Of a stretch of DNA of 64,000 nt, positions 9,941-19,289 are shown piece by piece. The notes under the pieces are model-generated. The model was not told the origin of the DNA. It searched no databases and saw only the letters and a program-made list of their open reading frames with translations. Both the position numbers and the translations under genes were made by a program. Source of the DNA: an uncultured Thermodesulfobacteriota bacterium (GTDB lineage Bacteria; Desulfobacterota; DSWW01). The stretch spans positions 70,459 to 134,458 of the forward strand of contig CAYZMM010000004.1 in assembly GCA_964479535.1 (NCBI GenBank), read 5' to 3'. How positions within the stretch are numbered: the stretch's first letter is position 1; each line of letters opens with the position of its first letter.

Positions 9941-10372
9941 ATGGTTGTGAAGCAGGTTTCCGTTTTTCTGGAGAATCGGGCGGGACGGCTGGCCGAGGTG
10001 ACCGGGATTCTCGCCGATCAGAACATCAACATCCGGGCCCTCTCCCTTGCCGACTCGGTGGACTTCGGGATCCTGCGCCTGATCGTGGACGATGTGGAAC
10101 GGGCCAAGTCGATCCTGAAGGAGGAAGGGCTGACCGTCCGGGAGACGGATGTGGTTGCGGTGGAGGTCCCGGACAAGCCGGGCGGGCTTGCCCACCTTCT
10201 CCAGCTGCTCCGGGGGGAGAAGCTCAACGTAGAGTACATGTATGCCTTCGTAAAGGCCCCTTCCGAAAGCGCGGTCATGATCTTCCGCTTCCACGACCTG
10301 CCGAAAGCCCTGCAGGTCCTCCAGCGCAAGGAGATTCGGACCCTCCCGGGGGACCAGCTGTACAATATGTGA
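9941..10372 (+). CDS. ACT domain-containing protein (the small regulatory subunit commonly paired with IorAB/PaaK)
   Basis: It has two ACT-like beta-alpha-beta-beta-alpha-beta halves. The ATG at 9941 is preceded by a GGAGGAG RBS. Confidence 0.65.
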   Translation: MVVKQVSVFLENRAGRLAEVTGILADQNINIRALSLADSVDFGILRLIVDDVERAKSILKEEGLTVRETDVVAVEVPDKPGGLAHLLQLLRGEKLNVEYMYAFVKAPSESAVMIFRFHDLPKALQVLQRKEIRTLPGDQLYNM

Positions 10373-10455
10373 GAAGGGTCGGGGATCAGGGCTCAGGGGT
10401 CAGGCCCCGCCGCGCAAAGCCGGCTGAGAGAAACTCGAGGGTCGATGGAGACCCG

Positions 10456-11670
10456 TCACCGCCGACCGAACCTTTCCCGGTAGGCTTTCTCGAGCTTCTC
10501 GCCCGCCCCAGCGAGGACCTCGTCGGTCTTGCAGAAGCAGAACCGAACCAGGTTGCGCGCCAGTCCTTTGTGCGCTTCCGAATAGAAAGCGCTGGGGGGT
10601 ATGGCCCCGACGCCCACCTCCACGGTGAGGGTTCGGCAGAGGTCCACGTCGTCTTCAAAGCCCCAGGAAGAACAATCCGCCAGGATGAAGTAGGTTCCCT
10701 CCGGCACGTAAGGACGAAAACCGCTGCGTTCCAGGGCCTGCACCAGGAAATCCCGCTTCTTCTGGTACATGGCCCGAAGCCCTGAATAGTAGTCCCGCGG
10801 GCCCGCCTCCTCGAGGGCACGGGCCACAGCCTCCTGGAGGGGCGTGGTGACTGCGTAGGGAACCCACTGGTGCACCTTGCGAAGGGCGTCCGAGAGGGCG
10901 GTCGATGCCACGGCCCAACCGATCTTCCAGCCCGTGACCGAGAACGTCTTGCCGGCGCTGCCCAGGGTGACCGTCCGATCCCACATGCCCGGCAGGGAGG
11001 CGATGCGAACGTGCTCGAGCCCGTCGAAGACCATGCGGTCGTAGACCTCGTCGCTCACGACGAGCGCATCGTGACGAATGCTCAGCTCCGCGATCTGCTC
11101 GAGCTCCGCACGCGAGAAGACCTTGCCGGTCGGGTTCTGCGGAGAGTTGAGGAATACGAGCTTGGTCCGGTCCGTAAATGCCCGCTCCATCTCCGCCGGA
11201 TCGAACACCCACTTCCCGCCCGGGTCCGGTCTGAGGGGAACGTGCACACAGCTCGCCCCGCAGAGGGCGCTGTCCGCGGGGTAGGCGTCGTAGAAGGGCT
11301 CGATCAGCACGACCTCGTCTCCCGGCTCCAGAAACGCCTGGGCAGCGATGAACAGCCCTTCGGTGGCCCCTGTCGTGACCGTGATCTCGGAGAGCGGGGC
11401 CAGGTCCCTGGCGAACTCCGGGGACAGCTCTCTCGCCAGGACCTCGACCAGGTGCAGCGTCCCGGCGCTCCGGGCGTACTGGTTCTGATCCTCGTCGATG
11501 GCCCTTTTGGCAGCCTCTTTCAGGAAACCGGGGCACGGAAAATCCGGGAACCCCTGGCCCAGGTTGACCGCCCCGTGGGCCACGGCGAGTTCGGTCATCT
11601 CGGCAAAGATCGTGGTCCCGAACCCCCGGATCCTCCCGGCCCAGTGTCTGCTTGCATCGTCTTCCGTCAT
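10456..11670 (-). CDS. class I/II PLP-dependent aminotransferase (KAT/MalY-like)
   Basis: It shows an NPTG motif, and SAGK shows the PLP lysine. The start at 11670 is preferred. The alternative start is at 11703. Confidence 0.75.
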   Translation of the reverse strand: MTEDDASRHWAGRIRGFGTTIFAEMTELAVAHGAVNLGQGFPDFPCPGFLKEAAKRAIDEDQNQYARSAGTLHLVEVLARELSPEFARDLAPLSEITVTTGATEGLFIAAQAFLEPGDEVVLIEPFYDAYPADSALCGASCVHVPLRPDPGGKWVFDPAEMERAFTDRTKLVFLNSPQNPTGKVFSRAELEQIAELSIRHDALVVSDEVYDRMVFDGLEHVRIASLPGMWDRTVTLGSAGKTFSVTGWKIGWAVASTALSDALRKVHQWVPYAVTTPLQEAVARALEEAGPRDYYSGLRAMYQKKRDFLVQALERSGFRPYVPEGTYFILADCSSWGFEDDVDLCRTLTVEVGVGAIPPSAFYSEAHKGLARNLVRFCFCKTDEVLAGAGEKLEKAYRERFGRR

Positions 11671-11813
11671 TTCCCGGCCTCTCCCCCGGTCCTCTCGGGT
11701 CACGAGACGGAGATCCTAGCAGACTCGGGCGACTTGCCACAAATCTGAGCCTTGGGTTAATCTAATCGTTTCATTCGATCGATAAGAAACGGTGAGGAAG
11801 GGGAGAGACGAGA

Positions 11814-12017
11814 ATGAGCACAGCCAAGGATTTCCGTGGCCTCATCCAGTTCGCCATCTGTGAAGAGAAGAAGGCGCAGGAGATGTACAGAGAGCTGGCC
11901 GAACAGGCCGGCGACGACTACGCAAAGGCCATTCTGGAAGGACTCCGGGAACAGGAGTTCAAGCACGAGGAGAAGCTCCAGGCCCTCCTCGACTCGATTG
12001 ACCCATCCAGGGCCTGA
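11814..12017 (+). CDS. small ferritin/rubrerythrin-like helical protein (67 aa)
   Basis: A compact ORF with an EEKKAQEMY...EQEFKHEE pattern. Confidence 0.3.
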   Translation: MSTAKDFRGLIQFAICEEKKAQEMYRELAEQAGDDYAKAILEGLREQEFKHEEKLQALLDSIDPSRA

Positions 12018-12092
12018 CCCGACCCCTGTGAGGGTTCCGGTCCGGCCCTGCCGTGTGGATGAATCTTTGGTTCAGGAGACCCGAACGGGATC

Positions 12093-12740
12093 ATGCCGAA
12101 CACAGAAGACCGCCGCGACCCCTGTGAACGAGTGAAGAGGGCCATGCAAGCTGTCGGCAGCGACCTGCGTGAATCGATGAAGCAGATCCTCGAGGCCCTG
12201 GAACAGCGGAACGGAGCCGAGGCCGGGGAGATCCCCACCCGGCTCGAGGACGTTCGTGAAAAGGAGGACACGCTGAAGGAGCTCTGCCTTCAGATCCTCG
12301 GGGAAGCGAGTGGAAGCACCCCCGAACTCCGATGGACGGGCTGCGCACACAACATCCTGACCCTGATGTCCAAGGTCTCCAGGGAGATCGGAATCCTTGT
12401 TCAACAGATAGGCAGGATCCACCAGGGGCCTGAACTGCCGATCGGTGAAGACCTGCCCGACATGGCCAGACTGGCCGCCTGGATGCTCGACCAGAGCATC
12501 CGGACCGCCCTCGACCCCGACGCAGAGAGCGCACGCAGGGTGATGGAGGAGGACTCTTCCCTGGACCAGCGCAAGGAGGATTTCGCAAGGCGCGCGATCC
12601 TTCTCGTCAACGAGTATCCGGAGAGCTCGCAGCCCGTGGTTCCCTACGTCCTCGTATCCCGCCACCTGGAGAGAATCGGGGACCACGCCAGCCACATCGC
12701 CGAAGAGGTAGCGTACTACCTCGAGGACGCCGCTGCATAG
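12093..12740 (+). CDS. PhoU-domain phosphate-uptake regulator homolog
   Basis: The C-terminal RIGDHASHIAEEVAYY motif is diagnostic of PhoU, and two PhoU repeats are present. Confidence 0.75.
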   Translation: MPNTEDRRDPCERVKRAMQAVGSDLRESMKQILEALEQRNGAEAGEIPTRLEDVREKEDTLKELCLQILGEASGSTPELRWTGCAHNILTLMSKVSREIGILVQQIGRIHQGPELPIGEDLPDMARLAAWMLDQSIRTALDPDAESARRVMEEDSSLDQRKEDFARRAILLVNEYPESSQPVVPYVLVSRHLERIGDHASHIAEEVAYYLEDAAA

Positions 12741-12777
12741 AGAAAAGAAGGAAACAACGTCCCCTGTTCGAGCCGAG

Positions 12778-13467
12778 TCATGCGAGCAGGGCCTGGAGGG
12801 CGTCGGCTGCGAGGGAGACGGCGATGCCGATCATGAGCATGCCGGAGAGCAGATCCGAGGTCTGCCGGTAGCGGCGGACGAATCCGGAGGCGCCCGTGCC
12901 GAGCAGGAACAGGCCGGGCACGGTTCCCAGGCCGAAACAGAGAAGCAGAAGGCCCCCCTCGAGGAACCCGCCGCAGGCCAGTGCCCGGGCAAAGCCTGCA
13001 TAGGAAAGCCCGCAGGGCAGAAGCCCCATCATCAGGCCGAACAGGAAGACCGATGTCGGATTCCCCCTTCCGGTGACGCCGTCCCTCACCCGGCGGAAGC
13101 CGGGAATCCTGGACGGAGACGCAACGGCCATCTGGTCCGGCTCTACGAGAATTCCAAGGCGAAAGAGCCCGAGGAAGAGAAGCAGGGCCGAGGCCACCAG
13201 GGAGAAGGCGACCTGGACCCGCGCGATCCAGATCATGGGATCCCCCCCGGCCAACCCGGCCAGTGCGGACAGCACCACGCCCGCCCCCCCCATGACCGCG
13301 CCCACGGCCGCGTACGTCGTGATCCGGCCCAGATGGTAGAAGACGTGCGCCGAGATCCTGCCGGCCTGCGCGGGAATCGCCAGCACAAGGGGCCCGCACA
13401 TCCCGATGCAGTGGCCGGTGCCCAGAAACCCGAGAAGGAAGAGGGCATAGAGATCGGCTTCGCTCAT
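12778..13467 (-). CDS. DsbD_2 / TauE-SafE-family (UreH-like) membrane protein with HCxxMCGP and LPCG motifs
   Basis: 230 aa and six TM segments. A GHCIGMCGP motif lies in TM1 and a second Cys motif in TM4. The start is placed at 13467 (MSEADLY). Confidence 0.6.
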   Translation of the reverse strand: MSEADLYALFLLGFLGTGHCIGMCGPLVLAIPAQAGRISAHVFYHLGRITTYAAVGAVMGGAGVVLSALAGLAGGDPMIWIARVQVAFSLVASALLLFLGLFRLGILVEPDQMAVASPSRIPGFRRVRDGVTGRGNPTSVFLFGLMMGLLPCGLSYAGFARALACGGFLEGGLLLLCFGLGTVPGLFLLGTGASGFVRRYRQTSDLLSGMLMIGIAVSLAADALQALLA

Positions 13468-13606
13468 GGGCTTCCAGCATACCCGCGATCTTTCGGTTTT
13501 CACAAGCCCTTCGATCCGGTATGATGTCGACCGCACGGCATGAATTCCTCCCGGTATCCGCTGCCGCCGCTTTCCGCGCTCAACCCGATTCGATGAAAGG
13601 AAGCCT

Positions 13607-14182
13607 ATGCCGATTCGTTCCCCTCGTTCCCGCATCCTTCCCGTGATCTTCCTGTTGATTCTGTTCCCCGCCGGATGCCAGAAGACCGAAAGGGCCGACA
13701 AGATCGATCCCGGAAGGGGCCCAACCCCCGCCCTGCGGGGGATCGATGCAGAAGGCACACTTCAGGTGAGCGAGGGCGACCGTTGCCCTGTGTGCGCCAT
13801 GCAGGTGAAGAACCACCCGAAGTTCGCTTGCGGCATCGAACTGAGCCACGGCCGGACCTTCTACTTCTGCGGCACCGGCTGCATGATCCGGTCCTGGCTC
13901 CATCCGGAGCACTTCCTGGGCGTCGAGAAGAGCGCTCTCCGCCGCTGTGTGGTCCAGGACTATTTTGACGGACGGCACGTGGACGGCCTCGCGGTGACGT
14001 GGGTGGCCGGCTCCGACGTGGTCGGACCGATGGGGCCGGCCCTCGTCCCGGTGAAGGACCCGAGCGCGCTCGAGGCCTTCCTGAAGCGCCACGGCGGCAA
14101 GACCACCTTCCGCCTGGCAGATCTGGACGACCGGAAATGGGAAGAGATCACAGGCAGGAAGGCGGTCCCCCGGGACCCGTGA
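13607..14182 (+). CDS. nosL: NosL-family copper-binding lipoprotein
   Basis: A signal peptide with a lipobox (FPAGC) precedes the CPVCAM...FCGTGC motifs typical of NosL. Confidence 0.65.
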   Translation: MPIRSPRSRILPVIFLLILFPAGCQKTERADKIDPGRGPTPALRGIDAEGTLQVSEGDRCPVCAMQVKNHPKFACGIELSHGRTFYFCGTGCMIRSWLHPEHFLGVEKSALRRCVVQDYFDGRHVDGLAVTWVAGSDVVGPMGPALVPVKDPSALEAFLKRHGGKTTFRLADLDDRKWEEITGRKAVPRDP

Positions 14183-14192
14183 CGGAAGAAAG

Positions 14193-14525
14193 ATGAGCCA
14201 CAGAAAGCACCCCGACGATCGACTGGGGCTCGCCAGGAACCTGCTGCTCGCCTCCTGGCTCGCAACGGCCTCGGCGCTGGGCCTCATGGTTCTCGACGCC
14301 TCCCTGCGATCTTCCCCCGGGGAGGCGCCGCTGCACGGGCTGGCCGAAGGCCTGTCGCTTTCGAACCTGTCGGTCGTGCCGGCCGGCCGGCCCCTTCGGC
14401 ATCCGGAGACCCTTCACCCTGCAATCGATCTTCGCTTCTCTCCCCTGCTGCCGAAGGCAGACACCGCCCCGGCCGGCCTGCTGCTTCGCCGAGCCGGTTC
14501 GCCGGCGCACGGGTACGCCCCATGA
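14193..14525 (+). CDS. hypothetical small protein with one TM helix, translationally coupled (ATGA overlap) to the downstream permease
   Basis: The only support is the gap-filling position and the stop/start overlap at 14522-14525. Confidence 0.3.
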   Translation: MSHRKHPDDRLGLARNLLLASWLATASALGLMVLDASLRSSPGEAPLHGLAEGLSLSNLSVVPAGRPLRHPETLHPAIDLRFSPLLPKADTAPAGLLLRRAGSPAHGYAP

Positions 14526-15682
14526 GGAAGCCCTTTCCTTCCACCATGCTCGTCTGGTCGGTTCGGGAAGCGATGCGCCGACCCGGAGAAACCCTGCTGC
14601 TGGCCGCGGCCCTGTTCGCCCTCGTCGCATGGATCGGTACGGTTCTTCTGCTGACCCACGCCCTGGAGAACACCGCAGCCTCCATCCTTGCGAAGGGCCC
14701 TTCCCTGGTGGTGCGGCGCATCTCCCCGGGTGGGTGGGCTCCCATCCCTGCGAGAACGTCGGCCGACATCGCCCGGGCCCTTCCCGGCGTCACGCACGCC
14801 AGGCCCAGGATCTGGGGCCTCGTCGCGAGCCCGAGCGGTCCCTTGACCGTTGTGGCGGCGGACGAGGAGACGCGGATGGGGGGAGAGGCTGCCGCCGTCT
14901 CGGCCCCGGCAAGAGGCGAAGCGGTTCTGGGTCCCGGCGCAGCCCCGGAAACGAACGGACCGTCCTTGACCCTTCGAGGCGCGCGGACCATGACGTTCAA
15001 GGTGGCGGGCAGGCTCCCGCCCGCATCCGGCCTCCTGGCACACGATATCGTCGTCCTCTGTGCGGAAGACGCCCGCCGACTGCTCGGCCTTCCCGAGGGT
15101 CACGCAAGCGACCTGGCCCTTCGCGTGTTCCACGAAGAGGAAGAAGAGGCGATCCTGCCCGATCTTTCCACGGCCTTCCCCTGGCCGGTCCGGATCGCCA
15201 CCCGCTCGGAGACGGTCGGCCTGTACGCAGGGGGGACCGCGCGCAGGGGAGGAATCGCCCTGGTGCTCACGGTCCCGGCGATCCTGGCCGCTGTGCTCCT
15301 CGTAGCCGGGTCGGCCCGGGACCGCATCGGCCGGCAGCGGGAGGTGGGGCTGCTCAAGGCCATGGGCTGGACCACCGGGGACCTGGTCCGCCTGCATCTG
15401 CTTCGTTCGGCAGCGGTGGGACTTCCCGCAACGGCCCTCGGAATGCTCTTCGCCTATGGGCTCGTCCTCTGGCCCGGCGTGCGCTGGCCCGGGGCCCTTC
15501 TCTTCGGATGGCAGGGACCGGCCCCGCTCCTGATCCTGACCCCGGCGGGCGCGTTCCTGACCCTGCTCGAGGTCGGGGCCCTGGTCTTCGTTCCGTGGCT
15601 GGCGGCGAACCTCTGGGCCGCCGCAAAAGGGGCATCCGCAGATCCCCAGGACCTGATCCAGGGAGGCGAGTTGCTCGCATGA
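14522..15682 (+). CDS. ABC transporter permease, FtsX/MacB-like (4-TM)
   Basis: An N-terminal TM segment is followed by a periplasmic domain and three C-terminal TM segments. Confidence 0.7.
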   Translation: MRKPFPSTMLVWSVREAMRRPGETLLLAAALFALVAWIGTVLLLTHALENTAASILAKGPSLVVRRISPGGWAPIPARTSADIARALPGVTHARPRIWGLVASPSGPLTVVAADEETRMGGEAAAVSAPARGEAVLGPGAAPETNGPSLTLRGARTMTFKVAGRLPPASGLLAHDIVVLCAEDARRLLGLPEGHASDLALRVFHEEEEEAILPDLSTAFPWPVRIATRSETVGLYAGGTARRGGIALVLTVPAILAAVLLVAGSARDRIGRQREVGLLKAMGWTTGDLVRLHLLRSAAVGLPATALGMLFAYGLVLWPGVRWPGALLFGWQGPAPLLILTPAGAFLTLLEVGALVFVPWLAANLWAAAKGASADPQDLIQGGELLA

Positions 15683-16365
15683 AGGATGCCGGAATCGAAT
15701 GCCGCGAGGTCACCTTTGCGCCCCGGGACCGGCCCGAGGGCAACCGGCCGATCCTGGACGGGGTGAATGCGAAGTTCGAACCGGCCCGGCCCGCCCTGAT
15801 CACGGGCCCCATGGGGGCAGGCAAGACCACCCTGCTCCACGTCCTTGCCGGCCTGCTGAGACCCACCCGGGGCGAGGTGCTCGCAGGGGGCCGGCCCGTC
15901 TCCCGCTGGACGGCCGCCCACCGCGATCTGTGGCGACGGGAAGTGGGGATCGTGTTTCAGGCCTCCAGCCTGTGGCCGGAGCTGACGGCCCTCGAGAACG
16001 TCCTCCTGCCCGTGATCCCCCGGGGCCGACGAACGGCAGCGATCCGTGCACAGGCCCTCGAGGCCCTGAAGGCGGTCGGGGTTTCCGACCTGGCCGGCCG
16101 GAGCGCACGCCTGCTTTCGGGAGGAGAGCGTCAGCGGGTGGCCGTTGCAAGAGCCCTTGTCTCGCGGCCCGCCTTTCTCTTCGTCGATGAACCCACGGCG
16201 CATCAGGACGACCACGGTGTCCGCCACGTTCTCGACGCGGTCTCCTCCGCCACCGCACGCGGCGCTCTGCTGGTGGTCGCTTCCCACGATCCCCGGGTGG
16301 CGGAAGACCACCGGCTCACGGATCGCTGGCACTTGAAGGCCGGACGGCTGGAGCGGATCCGATGA
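15679..16365 (+). CDS. ABC transporter ATP-binding protein
   Basis: It carries Walker A GPMGAGKTT, an LSGGERQRVAVARAL signature and a Walker B FVDEPT motif. The start at 15679 overlaps the permease stop. The long N-terminal extension of ORF 14629 is rejected as spurious. Confidence 0.85.
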   Translation: MKDAGIECREVTFAPRDRPEGNRPILDGVNAKFEPARPALITGPMGAGKTTLLHVLAGLLRPTRGEVLAGGRPVSRWTAAHRDLWRREVGIVFQASSLWPELTALENVLLPVIPRGRRTAAIRAQALEALKAVGVSDLAGRSARLLSGGERQRVAVARALVSRPAFLFVDEPTAHQDDHGVRHVLDAVSSATARGALLVVASHDPRVAEDHRLTDRWHLKAGRLERIR

Positions 16366-17393
16366 TCTGGCATCCACTGCTCCTCTCCGTGCTGACCCTG
16401 GACGTCCTCGCGCTCTTCTTCCTCCTCGCCGGACTGCTCTCGGCCCTGCAGATCGCCGCCCGCTGGTCGCCCGCGTCGGTGGAGAAAGAACAACTCGCTC
16501 TCGAAAGGAGAGCCGAGAGCGCTTCCATCCAGGGCCGCACCTGCGCCGTCCTTCTTCTCACCTCCACCCTGATCCTCATCATCGCAATCAGCGGGGTCCT
16601 GCCGGATCTCGTCCCCGGGGCCATGTGCGGAACAGGGGTGCTTCAGGCCACGCAGGGCGCAGGGGGGCGGGCACTCGCCCTGCGGGCACTCGCCCTGGGC
16701 CTGGTCGCCGCATGGCACCTCGTGGACCGGCTCAACCGGGCACGGCCCGGATCCCCCCTCGCTCTCACCGCATCCCGGGCCCTCCTGCTCGCCGGCCCGG
16801 TGGTGTTCCTGGCGGTGTACGACACGTTCCGGGCCGTCCTCCGGCTGGACGTGCACCGCCCCGTGGACTGCTGTTCGGTGGTCTACGATCAGATCCGACC
16901 CGCGGGTGAGGCAGTGGGAACATTCGGTCTGCCGGAGGCGTACGGGGTGTGGGGGCTCGCTCTGGGGGGAATCGTGATCCTGTTTCTGGGCGTGCGCCTC
17001 CGGCGCTCCCGCCGGCAGCAGGAACCCCGGAGAACAGCGCCCCTCGCTCTCGTCACCTTGTGCTGGGTTCCTTTGGCCGCAAGCGCGCTCGTCCGATCCC
17101 TTGCCGCGTATCACTACGGCGTGCTGCAGCACCGATGTCCCTGGTGTCTCTTCCTCCCGGAACACAAGCTGGTCGGCTACCTGCTGTTCGGCGCCCTGAC
17201 CCTGACCGCCGTGGAAGCAGGCGCCGCCTTCCTCTGCTCGAAGATCGCCGCCACCCTTCCCGCACTCGAACCGGACACCCTGAAACGGTCCCGTGCAGCC
17301 GGGCTGCGCATCACCGCAGCAACCGCCCTCTTCCTCGCCCTGTCAGGCCTGCCTCCGCTCCTGTGGCGCCTTCGGTTCGGCGTGTGGATGTGA
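16362..17393 (+). CDS. polytopic membrane protein (about 8 TM) with CC and C-P-W-C motifs; possible membrane thiol-disulfide oxidoreductase
   Basis: The start overlaps the ATPase stop. It has conserved-looking Cys pairs (DCCSVVYD, HRCPWC). Confidence 0.45.
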   Translation: MIWHPLLLSVLTLDVLALFFLLAGLLSALQIAARWSPASVEKEQLALERRAESASIQGRTCAVLLLTSTLILIIAISGVLPDLVPGAMCGTGVLQATQGAGGRALALRALALGLVAAWHLVDRLNRARPGSPLALTASRALLLAGPVVFLAVYDTFRAVLRLDVHRPVDCCSVVYDQIRPAGEAVGTFGLPEAYGVWGLALGGIVILFLGVRLRRSRRQQEPRRTAPLALVTLCWVPLAASALVRSLAAYHYGVLQHRCPWCLFLPEHKLVGYLLFGALTLTAVEAGAAFLCSKIAATLPALEPDTLKRSRAAGLRITAATALFLALSGLPPLLWRLRFGVWM

Positions 17394-17458
17394 TGCAGCA
17401 CCCGGCCTGAAGGAGCGTTCCCGGGCAGGTTCTTGATGCGTTCGATCCCTCTGTTGTT

Positions 17459-17893
17459 CTACGGGATCGTCACCCTGGCCTTGGCGACAGCCACCTTCTC
17501 TCCTTCCTGATTCTCAGCCCAGAGGTCCACGACAACGAAACTCTTCGACTTCCGCCTGGGGTGCTTCTCGCTGACGATGCCTCGGCACGTTATGGCGTCT
17601 CCCGGCCGCACAGGGTGAATGAATTTGCTCTCCAGTCGCGTTATGAACCCACCGCTTTCATAGCACCAGTCGGTGACCACCGAGGTCATGAAGGAAAACG
17701 TGCACATGCCGTGCGCGATGGTGGTTCCCTTCCCCAGCAGGTTGATCCGTTTCGCCCAGGCAGGGTCAACGTGGATGGGGTTGTAGTCCAGGGATGCGGT
17801 GGCATTTCTTGTGATCACTTTCTGGTCTACGTACTTGACCTGCGTCGGAAGTTCCATATCCGGGGGAATGCTCTCAAAGGTACCCGTCGCCAT
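17459..17893 (-). CDS. MaoC-like (R)-specific enoyl-CoA hydratase/dehydratase, hotdog fold
   Basis: 144 aa. An LDYNPIHVDPAWAK motif is present. Confidence 0.75.
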   Translation of the reverse strand: MATGTFESIPPDMELPTQVKYVDQKVITRNATASLDYNPIHVDPAWAKRINLLGKGTTIAHGMCTFSFMTSVVTDWCYESGGFITRLESKFIHPVRPGDAITCRGIVSEKHPRRKSKSFVVVDLWAENQEGEKVAVAKARVTIP

Positions 17894-17931
17894 TTGTCAC
17901 CTCCTGCGTTTGTACGGGAATCTGCCTGAAT

Positions 17932-18483
17932 TCAAAACGTGTGCGATTCTTCCCCATGGGACCTCGGCAAAATCAACGTAATCCACCACTTCGCAACCGG
18001 TTGGTCGTTCTGGTTGAAGAATTCGGTCTCATACGTGAGGTATCGCTTTCCACGCTTTACCCATTTGTCAAAGAACCTCGACTTGGCCCGGATGGTGTCT
18101 CCGAGGCGTATCGGTTCGTAGAATTCAATGACTTGGCCGGGGTTGATCGCTCCCGGTGTACGGACCCAGCTTCCCGGCCCGCTGTCGCCCGTCAGCCAGA
18201 AGCCCACAGGGGTCAAGAACAGCGGATGAGCAATGAGACCGCCGAAGGGGCCTTGTTCGGCGGCCTTCTTGTCGTTGAAGAGCGGGTTGTCGTCGAGGAT
18301 TCCTTCCGAATAGGCCAGGATGTCCTCTTCCTCGACTTCGAAGGTGCGCTCGATCTCGTACACGCCATCGAAATCGACGTCCTCCCATTTCTCGTACTCC
18401 TCGGCTTTCTTGAAGAAGTCGACTTCAAAAGCCTTCTGCTTCTTCGTCGTGAGAAAGTCCTCAATGCGAACGTCATCGTCCAT
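17932..18483 (-). CDS. hotdog-fold dehydratase, N-terminal-type partner subunit (FAS1 DH-N/HadA-like)
   Basis: 183 aa. It is adjacent to and co-oriented with the MaoC-like gene. Confidence 0.55.
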   Translation of the reverse strand: MDDDVRIEDFLTTKKQKAFEVDFFKKAEEYEKWEDVDFDGVYEIERTFEVEEEDILAYSEGILDDNPLFNDKKAAEQGPFGGLIAHPLFLTPVGFWLTGDSGPGSWVRTPGAINPGQVIEFYEPIRLGDTIRAKSRFFDKWVKRGKRYLTYETEFFNQNDQPVAKWWITLILPRSHGEESHTF

Positions 18484-18572
18484 GGTCTCTGCCCCCCATC
18501 GTTTTAGGGTTTACGGTTCTGCCATATAGAGGAGAGTTTCCCGGCCATTGTCCCGGCTCCTTTCTAGAATCT

Positions 18573-19212
18573 TTACTTGCCCTCGCCGATGTTCTCGTAG
18601 ATTTCTTTGGTTAGCGCCGTGAATTCCGACTCGCCGGGGAGAAGCACGTAGAGGGGATCGCGTATCCTTTCTCTATCAAAGCCTTCCCTCTTCAACGGCC
18701 CCTTTATGACTTTCATCGTGCCGGTCGTTGGCAGTTCCGACGAAATCCTCAGGAACTTGGGCACTGCAAAATCTGCAAGGTTGTCCCTTAGAATCGCGGT
18801 GAATCCACCCAGATCGTTTCTTGAACGCCTTCCATATTTCGGGGCGAAGGCCGTTGCCGACGATGGCTTCCACAGGGTTGGCAGCGTCATCCGGCTTCTC
18901 GGGTTGGTTCATGAGGTATTGGCACATCTCCCCGATGTAACCGAACTTCCTGGCGTGGAATTTCCTTATGTCGCTCCAGAACCGGGAAGCACTGAACTTC
19001 CTTCTTATCGCTATGGCTGCCCCCCTGTACATCACCGGCGCCCAGGATACGCCTAATGCATGGTTATGATAGAACGGCAGAGGAACGTAGAGCGTATCGT
19101 TCGGCTGCAAATCCAGCAGCTCGGAGAAGGCGTAGCCACCCGACAGTACAGCGGCGTGAACCCTGATCTGACTTGGGCCGCTCAGGGACCAGAGCAGAAA
19201 CACTGCATCTTC
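18573..19212 (-). pseudogene. fatty-acyl-CoA synthetase (FadD/FATP-like AMP-binding enzyme): 3' two-thirds only, and frameshifted
   Basis: Two overlapping ORFs encode the AMP-binding middle and C-terminal motifs (YVPLPFYHNHALG; PTTGTMKVIKGPLKREG). The whole N-terminal third is absent and the break abuts cyclase copy 1. Confidence 0.65.
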
Positions 19213-19289
19213 ACCTTTTTTTGGACATCTACCGTATGTCGTGCGGCATCCCCCTTTCGGTCGTAATTGCGACCAATGCCTGACGGGGT

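Noticed and set aside
14629-16365. A 578-aa ORF suggesting a large fusion protein ahead of the ABC ATPase.
   Set aside because: The N-terminal 350 aa are Arg/Gly/Pro low-complexity read in an alternate frame of the permease gene. The true ATPase starts at 15679 with an ATGA overlap.
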